Both the position numbers and the translations under genes were made by a program. 64,000 nt of DNA, from contig OU015569.1 in assembly GCA_907165135.1 (NCBI GenBank), positions 8,556,001 through 8,620,000 on the forward strand. Reading direction: 5' to 3'. Every line of letters begins with the position of its first letter. The first letter of the stretch is position 1. Positions 52,555-64,000 of the stretch are shown in pieces. Under the pieces are notes generated by a model. That model was not told the DNA's origin, ran no database searches, and saw only the letters and a program-made list of their open reading frames with translations. Origin of the DNA: Oikopleura dioica (taxonomy: Eukaryota; Animalia; Chordata).

Positions 52555-54410
52555 TCAGGCGGTAAATATTTGGGCAAAGTAGTCGATATCAAAATCAGAA
52601 CTGAGAGAGTCACGTGAAAGTAAAACAGCAGCGGGCTCTTTCTGCTCGCTCAATGCGCGTGGTCGATGCTCTTTGACGGAGACGAATACATCTTGTTGTT
52701 TCGCCGCGCGAATGAAGCCCGTGTTGCTCGACACTGTAATTGCTTTGTGCGTTTCTCCAGTGCCAAACGCGATTTTTGCTCGATCGGAAATCCTAGCTGA
52801 GCTTGGAAGCGAAGCGATGCGCTCAGATATTTCATCTTCAACTACGTTTACATATTCTTTGAGCCCGGCTGCTCTATTCTTCTCCTTGGGTCCAGCGATC
52901 AGTGAGATTATGCGATCGAACTCCTCCATTGCCGTTTTTGAAGAAATGATTTCTTTGTCGCGGATAAAATCTATAATTGGTTGTAGGCGGTCAATAGGAG
53001 ATTTATCTCCCAGTTCGTATTTTGACGAAATAGGAGATTTATCTCCCAGTTCGTACTTTTGCGAAATAGGAGATTTTTTTCTCCCATTGACCGCGGTCAA
53101 GAATCTTTGAACTGGGAGATATTTTTTCCTGCGACAGGGGTCGTCCAGTGCCCCTTACCTGGGGGCTCCGCCCCCTAGGTCCTAAGATGCCGGGGTCTAG
53201 TCTAGGGTTACTTAGGGTTACCTTCAGTAACCCTAACTAACCCTAGCCTATCCCCCTCGGGTGAGGTTGTTCCGTCATTTTGCCCAGTGCCCCTAACACT
53301 AACCTCAATTTTAGAAAGATAAATACTTACAAAAAAGGAATTAGGTGCTTCTTGATTATATTCTGATAAAAATTTTCTCATGCCTCGAAATCTCCCAGGT
53401 AGAAAAAATCTCCTATTTACCACAATTTGCGAAAAAACGAACTAGGAGAAAAAAAAATCTCCTATTTCGTAAAAGCACGAACTAGGAGATAAATCTCCTA
53501 TTTCGCCAAAAAACGAACTGGGAGATAAATCTCCTATTGACCGCATATCACCCTATAATTTCGGGGAGGACGCGCTTTTCTCGCTCGTCGATCGCCATCT
53601 GATCGAGGTGAATAAGAAACTTGGATTCCTCGCAGCGGAACTCGTAATTCGCAAAGCCGTTCGACAAGTTAGAGACTAGCGTTATCATCGTGCATGTGTC
53701 TAAATTCACTTTCAGCGAGCTCTGTCGAGGAAGCATTTCTTCGAAACTATCTTCGTCGGATGATTCGTCCGCTATTTCAAATTCAAGAAAAGGCTCTACA
53801 TCTCCGTATACAAGAATTCCGTACTGCTCTAGTTTTTTCTTTAAAGAAATTAAATGCCGGGCTTTATCAAGAGCAGAATACCTTGATCTTGAGAGGAACG
53901 ACATCGTGAAAGTAGAACTCAATTTTTGGCGGAAGAAACTCGTGATTGACATTTGCACCCATTAGCATCTTCCTCGCAGTGGCAACTATTATGTCTTCGC
54001 CATCCATGTACTTTTGAATGAGGGCTTTTCCCTTTCGTGAGCAGGACTTGATCCATGAACTTGAAGTGACAATGTCAATCTGTATCTTTTCCCCGTCGCC
54101 AAGTTTTGCTGAGTAGAAAATCTTCGTTACATCTTCTATTCTTTTCATTGCCAGTTCATAAATCGCCTCTAAGGACTTTAAATTCGACGACACCAGATGC
54201 TGTGGATTCAGCTTACTATTACCTATAAGCGACCTTTAAAAATTTCTGAATCATGTAGCTATTTGACGAGTACCTCAGAAACTTGACTTCTGAATGCACT
54301 TTATTTTCAAATTTCTTTGACCCTTCGATGTGACATAGATTTTCCCTGACGTTTTCCAGCAGTCTGCATCCCTTTTCTACGTGATCAAGAAGTTCTTGAT
54401 CAACGGACAT
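52555..54410 (-). CDS. C7orf25: UPF0415 / C7orf25 homolog (DUF1308), with a transposon-derived GG-AG intron 52971-53552
   Basis: IEG..K...SEVKFL; VNLDTCTMITLVSNLSNG; EREKRVLPEII|DFIRDKEI; LIAGPKEKNRA; FGTGETHKAITVSSNTGFIRAAKQQ; HRPRALSEQKE. Confidence 0.9.
52979..53552. mobile_element. 574-bp non-autonomous TIR element, 8-bp TSD CTATAATT, GG termini (Merlin-like)
   Basis: TSD at 52971-52978 and 53553-53560. Perfect 32-bp inverted repeat 52987-53018 / 53513-53544, and the terminal 14 bp match 11/14. About 3 subterminal tandem units per side; no ORF. Confidence 0.93.
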
Positions 54411-54606
54411 TCTCGAAAGGCAATCTTAGAGTATAACTTTCTATTTCCTCGATAAGAAACTCGTTTATAAGGCAATTGGGAATTAAACTATTGCACAGAA
54501 AATATAACACCATTAGGAGGGATCTAAGAGGGGCGATCTTGTTATCACAGATCACAATGAGCAAGAGAGTGAGTAGGTCTACTGTTCTGGATCTAGCAGT
54601 TAAAGA

Positions 54607-55984
54607 TTAAAGCTCTTCGTGCTTGAAGTCCTTAGAGACGGCGGCCATCGACTTGACGATTCCGGCGGTGGAGGGGTAGTAGTACTTGTATTTGTTTTAT
54701 TAGTTCGTTTTCCCTAATCGAATCAACGTACCTTGTACTTCTCATTTCCCCCAACATTAATCTTGTCCTTCATAACATTTCCATCGGTGTCCAAAAACAG
54801 AATTCTAAAACAATCAGCAAAACAATCAGCATGGTCTGTGGAAATACCTGGGAATGTAGCCGCCATCAGGGGTGTATTGCTCTCCTTTTGGCTCATCGTC
54901 ATCAAGAGCATTAACCATATTGAAATTGCTTGAAAGCTTTTCAATTTCTTTGTCTCCGGCAAACTTGGGCTTGAGCTGTTTGCAGGCCCCGCACCAACTG
55001 AAAATATAGATAACTAAATTAGTTAAATAGTTAAAAAAAGTAGTTGTTGGTAGGACGATAATGTTTTCATGTTCTGGTTTCGTAAAGAATCGCTGATTCT
55101 CTAGAATCTAAGTTTTTATCAGACCGATTTCGACTATTTGTCAGTTACTTTCAAACCACTTTAGGAGTAGTTGGGTCCGATGAGCTCATATTTACAGGTA
55201 TTTACTTATTGTTGAATATTGAAAACCATTTTAAGGAATAGTCCGATCCTAGAAAATGTGGAAATGGACTCAACTGAATCTCTATCCAGAGAAGAAGAAG
55301 GAAACTTCCTTGAAAGAGGACGTTCATCAAATGAGAGCAATAGTTGCTCACGTTCGTACTGCTTTATGACAACTGCTTTACTTGCTTTTACTGCTTTAAA
55401 ACAACAAAATAAATCTACTAAGAACTTAATCTTGGAGGAGATTTATATTAACAGTCAGGGCTTCTGATTTCAGTATTTTTGGCCATTTGCGTCATAAACA
55501 ACGAAATTGCGAGCCTTGACTGTATGTGTTCGTGTTGGTTTGAAACAAGGACTCAAATGCTAGATAAATGTGTAAACGAAGTTAATTGTGCTAAGTTGTT
55601 CTTCGAACTTCGAAATGATATTTTGATCGCAAGGCCTGGAAAATCTCAGTCGAATGAACTGCCGATTAATCAACATCGAGAGCTACTTTGACAATTATTG
55701 CTAATCCTAGCATGAAAGTAGCACACTCGGTCAAAGCGGGTGACAAATTTTCGGTGCAACAGTCCTCGTTCTGGGCAGTGATAATCCTCATTTTTCGGGC
55801 AATATAATTAGAAATTCTAATTCTGCGTGTCTAGAGACCTTTTATGAATCACGAGCATTGTTGCCTTGCCATTCGTCTTGGAAGCTTCTTTCGCCTCATC
55901 TAGCGTAACCCAGTCAATGTTATCATTCCATCCATGACTGTCAGCAGCGAGTGCAGCTCCGAGAAAGATGCTCCAAAACTTCAT
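54607..55984 (-). CDS. TXNDC12: ER thioredoxin-domain protein TXNDC12/ERp18 (AGR family)
   Basis: Signal peptide [25 protein letters not shown]|[20 protein letters not shown]|ILFLD, YK|YYY, ER-retention KHEEL*. Confidence 0.95.
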
Positions 55985-56183
55985 TCTGCGGAGAAACTTT
56001 TTAGTGGGCGTTTACTGCTGATTATCCTTTTTGTGTTATGGCAACAGAACAAAGTTCTACAGAAAATAGGTGTATTTGGCATGATGGTGATGATAATAAT
56101 GATAATTGTATCCTAGAACAGAAAATAAGAGTTAGCGTTGATTTTCTTGGTGAGAAGGCGCATTATTGCTTCCGAGTGACGTC

Positions 56184-58260
<2,077 letters not shown>

Positions 58261-59279
58261 CTCTAGAATATGAGCTTCGGACTGGTGTCTCCGAAGCTGC
58301 CGCTTAGGCTCTTGATTCAAGCTGTAGGAAGCGTCGCGGGATTGGGCGAAGTTGTCCTATCCGAGCTGGAGGCGCAGCGCTCAAATCGGCGCCAGACGCT
58401 GACCCTTCATTCGACCAATTTTCAAACACCCGAAAACGCACCGTAAATATAGCAACAATTCCTTCAGGCAGATTTTATAAAAAAACGTTCCTCATCTCAA
58501 CTAATCCACTTTTTACCTGTTCTATGTTCTCTTCTTTATTGAAGGAATAATTCTTGAGCTGATATAGAAAAATATAAAAACTTCCTATTTTTCCTCTAGG
58601 AAGAAATCACCAGATTTTTTGCCTTTTCTCCCTCCTTATCACAGGAAGCGCTCCGAGAAGCTATGAGTCAAGGTTGTGCCCAACTTCCAATAACGATGGA
58701 AGTGTTCCGGAGAACATTTGCGGACGGTTGGGGGGGGGGTTGCATGCATTTACTTGAGTAGATTTCAATATCGCGATTTCCGGTTCTGGTTTGCCTTCGT
58801 CGGCTGTGCTCACTTTATCCGGTTATTCTGAATTCTGGATCGTTTGAGTCTCGTCTCAAGAACGCGAATCCCAGTATTGAACTCGGGACCCTGCGATTCA
58901 AGCGCTGGCAGCATGACCAACGGGCCACGACCGGCCGGTTGCAAACCAAAAAACGCAGCGTTTAATCGATGCGAATCTCGGCATTCGCCTTATCAACTTA
59001 GCGCCATCAATTACTCTTTGCTCGCTTCGATTTTTCTGGCGTCTCAGCAAGATTATCTTACTAGTTGCAAACTAACTAGAAATGTCGGCGCGTTAGTTGT
59101 GAGCCTAAAAATAGAATTCGCAAACATTGCGCCCGAGGCGCTGCTCAGCTGGTGGCGCCCTTCTGCTCCCCGACGGCAAGTAAAAATTTCTTATTACCGA
59201 CATATTAGAACACGGACAAAAACAACTTTTCAATCTCCGCCAGCAAAGAAACAGAAGTTTGACAAATCATCCCCTTGAG

Positions 59280-59615
59280 ATGAATTCAACAACGGGTTTG
59301 GATCCGCCGGAGCTTCAAGCTTCAGATAAACGCCAAAATGTCACTGCTACCAATGAAGGCGAGAAAGAGAATGACTGCTTGACTACTGACTATTCCCAGA
59401 TTGATAATCTTACGAAAGCGACTGCAAAGGCGACTCTCTTTGGCTACGTCAACCGAAAGCGCAAGCGCTGCTCAATCCTCCCAGACACTGATCCCCGAAA
59501 GAAAGTGCGATTCGACATTCAGACACGACTCTTTGCCGCTCGAGCAACTGAGAGAGATAACGAAAACACAGAATTGGAGTCCCTTATCCAGCAATTCAAA
59601 GAAACATCATTTTAG
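59280..59615 (+). CDS. Unknown ~111-aa protein with a basic NLS-like stretch and a KKVRF (RVxF) motif
   Basis: ORF MNSTTGLDPP..RKRKRCSILPDTDPRKKVRFDIQ..; upstream exons unresolved. Confidence 0.35.
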   Translation: MNSTTGLDPPELQASDKRQNVTATNEGEKENDCLTTDYSQIDNLTKATAKATLFGYVNRKRKRCSILPDTDPRKKVRFDIQTRLFAARATERDNENTELESLIQQFKETSF

Positions 59616-60337
59616 CTTTCTGCCCACTCGTCCTGAACTGCCTCCAAATTTGCTGGAATAGATACGAATTTCTTCCAATAAAAATCAAATCGCATATTTT
59701 CCTCGTTGTTGTCCATTTTAGTCATGATGATATTTCAGCAATACAATCAATATTTTATTTGTATATTCGTAAACAGGCAGAAAAATCAGACAAGTCATGT
59801 GCATATCCAAACCGCAATGGCCTCTACTTCGAATTTAGTGCACCCTAGAAAGTGGCACCAGCCTTATTATTATTATAAGGGGATGGAGGGCCAATATAAG
59901 CAAGAAAAGATCAGGGATTTAACAATTTAATAATAATGACGTCCGGAGAACAACGGATTATCATCCAATAAAGGACATGTTATGCGATAGGCATTTCAGT
60001 TATACCTAAAAATATTTTCCTTCATTTGGTTATTTACTGATGAGTTATTTTACTGATGATTTATTCAATTAGCCTCTATAGCGGGAAAATTACCAAGGTA
60101 TCAATTTTACTAACAAGTTGTTTTCATCCACATGTCGCTCGTGTTATCAATTAAAAAATAGTACTCGCGATAAAAAAGCTCGTTTTTCAGATAGTTTTTG
60201 ATTACAATAAAGAACAGCTGTTTTTCCACCTTGAAGAGACAAGTTGTATGGAAAAAACATCGTGTTAATAAAATTAACTCAATATAAACGATGGAGATGA
60301 GTTGATCAAAACGACATTGTTAATGACAGATAATTGC

Positions 60338-61509
60338 GAGTGGTCGCCTCTCGCCCAGATCGCCTTCTGCCCAGATCGCCTCCTGCCCAAGATCGCCTCT
60401 CGCCCAACTTGGGCAAGAGGCGATCTGGGCCAGAGGCGATCTTGGGCGAGAGGCGATGAGAAATTATTTTCAATGAAAACTTTAAATGACTTGGGCTAGA
60501 GGCGATCTTGGGCAGGAGGCGATCACTTTAAACTAATTCCATTAGCCATCACGTGGACTGATTTTTTTTCATTCAACCTCTCAAGAAGACGATTTTTCCT
60601 CAACTAAAGTCGAAAACACCTCCAAAATAGAACGAACCGATATTGAATCATGCAAAAGTCATGAGAAACCTTCTTTCCGATCAACACAGGGATTAGCGCC
60701 CTATTTCCTGCTCTTTCCAGTTTTGATTAGTGATTCGATTATCACTTGAACTCTTCTGAATTTTCATATTCTGAAATAACCAGGTAATGAAGCTACCGGA
60801 TACTTTTGAGTTCGCTGGGTTGATGTTCAATACCACAACAACGAGCCAATTTGAAAGAAAGGGGAATGACGGTCTGTTAGAAACTCTCGATTTTCAATTC
60901 AAGTCGAATAAATTCTACACTTCTTGACGAAACGATCCTCAAGATAAAACGCTTGACAACAGCCACCAGTTTTGAATCCGTCATTATTTATAAATAAATA
61001 TTAATATTATAAATATTATTATAAATATATTATTGATAATCAATTCATAACTCTTGTTATCTTTTAAATAAAAGTTATTTTTGAATGCAGTCCGTGCAGT
61101 CTTCTTTGATGAGAGCGCATCGCAAACAAAACTGGAAAGAGCAGGAAATAGAGCGCTAATCCCTGTTTTGATCGGAAAGAAGGTTTCTCATGACTTTTGC
61201 ATGATTCAATATCGGTTCGTTCTATTTTGGAGGTGTTTTCGACTTTAGTTGAGGAAAAATCGTCTTCTTGAGAGGTTGAATGAAAAAAAAAATCAGTCCA
61301 CGTGATGGCAGAGGAAGTTTAATGGAATTAGTTTAAAGTGATCGCCTCCTGCCCAAGATCGCCTTTCGCCCAAGTCTTTGATAGTTTGCTATGAAAATAA
61401 TTTCACATCGCCTCTGGCCCAAGATCGCCTCTTGCCCAAGTTGGGCGGGAGGCGATCTGGGCAGGAGGCGATCTGGGCAGAAGGCGATCTGGATGAGAGG
61501 CGACCACTC
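60338..61509. mobile_element. 1172-bp non-autonomous Mutator/foldback-like element, ~385-bp TIRs, 9-bp TSD GATAATTGC
   Basis: Identical GATAATTGC at 60329-60337 and 61510-61518. Termini GAGTGGTCGCC...GGCGACCACTC. Arms 60338-60725 and 61127-61509 are near-perfect reverse complements. Subterminal ~16-17-bp GATCGCCTCYYGCCCA arrays. Confidence 0.95.
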
Positions 61510-62420
61510 GATAATTGCAATTGAATTTCAGAAATGATCTGAGAAAGAACTTCTCACTGAGAAGCTCCTGCGCCTGTTGAAAATGAAAGAATCTACCCTT
61601 CTCTTTAATAAATATAATGAAAAATTTTTTTGTTGTTAACCTCCGGAAACCTCTTCTTTTAGGATTATCATAAAAAATGATTACTAGTGATTACTTTCTC
61701 TGCAAAGTGCAATATAAAAATTCTAAATTTATCACTCGGTTTATACTCACAATAGGCAGGCTTCGGACATAAAAATTCATCACCACGATCAACTCATCAT
61801 GGCGAGACGAGACTAAACTCATTCGAAAGCTCTTGAAAAGGACTTTCATACGGGCGTTTGAAAAATGTTTCCAATTTCCCGGTTACGAGTTATTTTCTAA
61901 TTTTGCCGATAGGGTCAGATAACTGGAAACAGGGAGGATATTCATTCATTTACCTATATCATATGGGCCGTATGAAAGCCCTTTTCAAGAACTTTCGAAT
62001 AGACCTACTCTTGTCTCGGTGCGAGGATTGTAAAATTCGTTTTTTACGTCCGAGGCTTTACAATAGGGATTATTTCGCCTTGAAAAATCTAATTTCGAGT
62101 ATATAGTTCTATTAGCAGAAACGGTCAATAATGCTCCGATTCGAAAAAAACGGAATTTCGATGAAGTGCAATTTTCCCACGTCGATGTTTATCACGTTTC
62201 ATTCAGTCCAGAGCTCCATTCAGATGTTCCGTTAAGTTTATTTTATGTTTTTGTGGAAGACTCAGCCGAGTGGAGCTAGAGTGTGGCGCTCCACCGCGAC
62301 AGCGCCACGAAAGCTAGAAAGAGCGCGCTCGATTTAGGTTCTGAAGTGTATCGACTATTTACTCAGAAGAAGAAAACAGAGTTTTTACCCAAGAAGTCCA
62401 GAGAAAACATAGAAAACGAG

Positions 62421-63838
62421 ATGACGAACTTGACTGATCAAGAAGTTGTCCAGCAGATGAACCTGCTAAATTGTGGAAGCACCCTGTCTACGTATGAGCT
62501 CTGGTGCAGTCTCACCCAGGTAAGCCTTTTTCGGCAGCGCACTCTCTCTAGCATGATCATTTAGACGCACAATCATCAAGCTCACGAGAACCTTCTGAGT
62601 GAGATTGAAAGCTTCTACCAGAATCCGTACAGCCAGGGAGGTAACAACAATGCCGCGTTGAACGTGCTGCAAGATTTGCCGATCAATCCACTGCTCGAGC
62701 CTGAGCTCGAGGCGAGCCCGATAATGCTCCAAGCAAACCAAACGATAAAAATGGAGCGAAATTGCAACTCACCAAATGAGACAGTCGACTCAGGCCTTTC
62801 GGACTGTGGAAGTCCTCGCTGCGCGAGAGGAAGTAGCGCCGGCACAGAAAGCTCACCCTCAGTAACAGAAGGTAATTGGCGAGATTTAAGAAGTCAAATA
62901 GTGGCCTGGCTTATCAAAAACAATGAATCGAGTCGATAAGCGAATTGAATATTTTCATTAACTCTAGAACTGACACAAACGTGGTGGGAAGTAGAATCTG
63001 ATTTTTTCGTTTTCAGTTCAAACATTCAAAGTGAGCTCAGTTTATCCTCAAATAGCGAGTCCGTAGCCGCTGTCTCGTCCATCAACAAAATGTACAATAA
63101 TTTTCACGTTGTGAATCTCTTCGTTTTTTTGGATCAGTAACATGTTTGGAACTATAATTTCCACGTTGAGCGTAGATATTGAGTTGTTTTTATTCCCCCA
63201 ATGCCGAGCTGTTCAGGCTCATCCGGACATGCATAGCGCGCAAATAAATCACCCATCAGAAAAAGGCTCCAGAATGACGATGCAATGTTCCTAATGTCTT
63301 TTTAGCGGATCTAAACGAGTTCGAAAAGGGAAGCGGAGAAGTCTCGGACGAGGAGGACGATGCATCTGACGAAAACGAACTTGCTTCTGATAAAAGAAAA
63401 CCCGCAAGCCGAGGACTATTTACACTTCGCTGCAGCTGCAACAACTGAATTCCTACTTTCAAAAGACTCAGTATCTTAGTCTTCCAGAGCGAGCGGATCT
63501 CGCTGTGAATCTCGGACTAACTCAGACTCAGGTAGATTGGCGATAAGTTTATCGGTTGATAAAAGACAATTTAGGTGAAAATTTGGTTCCAGAACCGCCG
63601 TTCGAAAATGAAGAAAATGATGAAGCAGCGCCCCAACGGAAGTCTTGAAGATGGTGAAGCGTTTGATGAAACACGCGCGTCAAGTGCTCAGCCAAGTCAA
63701 TTGCCGATTGGAAGCTGCTTTCCCGCTGGAGCACAGTCCTTTTTCCGCTCTAACTCGCAGCCAGCCTTCAACTATCCTCGCGAGCATTCGCAAGATTTCG
63801 GTAGCATTACATTCAATGACAAACGGCGTTTCCATTGA
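62421..63838 (+). CDS. Dlx: Distal-less (Dlx) homeobox transcription factor (apparent 1-nt frameshift at 63392-63395)
   Basis: [43 protein letters not shown]|[14 protein letters not shown], with the intron at the usual position inside the homeodomain (TQTQ|VKIWF). Confidence 0.92.
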
Positions 63839-64000
63839 ACCAACTTTAACCTTCCTTTCTTAATTAGTTTCTTCAGTAAACCGGCTCCAAATGGGTAATG
63901 CAAATTGGCAGCGCCTCTCGCAGAATCATTCAAATTGGTGACTTATTGCGTTTTTTCAAAACTCTGACCCTGCTTGTATATAACAACTGCCTGTTTCTGC

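Noticed and set aside
52979-53100. N-terminal repeat peptide KSPISxKYELGD in the 52555-53100 ORF
   Set aside because: It is translated transposon subterminal repeat; the real C7orf25 exon begins at 52970.
55219-55691. Two plus-strand ORFs inside the TXNDC12 intron
   Set aside because: Short, start at TTG, low information and no splice support.
60340-60530. Regular short repeats resembling a CRISPR array
   Set aside because: No unique spacers; units are adjacent, switch orientation and are mirrored at 61340-61509 as TIR substructure in a eukaryotic genome.

Overview
Compact, intron-rich eukaryotic animal DNA. Many 35-75 nt introns, several G(A/G/C)-AG splice junctions and co-directional genes 50-300 nt apart fit an appendicularian tunicate such as Oikopleura (inference, not a database match). 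Gene order: a + strand nucleolar cluster (CEBPZ/NOC1, 5'-truncated and hosting a nested antisense gene; DDX21/50; TOP1); a gene-poor stretch at about 10-17 kb; orphan genes; an SSUH2-like zinc-finger gene; a foldback element; PDCD4; a secreted astacin-LDLa-EGF-poly-Thr protease; and a GABA-rho-like Cys-loop channel. A - strand run of 7 genes follows (PGM, TXNDC12, C7orf25, thiolase, a ~2000-aa orphan, a second thiolase, an SLC46-like MFS transporter), then a 1.17-kb Mutator-like TIR element and a Dlx homeobox gene. The best lead is a 574-bp TIR element with an 8-bp target-site duplication inside the C7orf25 coding sequence. Element plus one TSD copy forms a scarless non-canonical GG-AG intron, i.e. 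an intron-generating transposon caught in place. Other non-canonical introns here share the exonic AG|G signature. Five conserved genes carry apparent frameshifts at short homopolymers, most likely long-read consensus errors. All gene models were built by hand from the sequence; exon boundaries in non-conserved parts are approximate.
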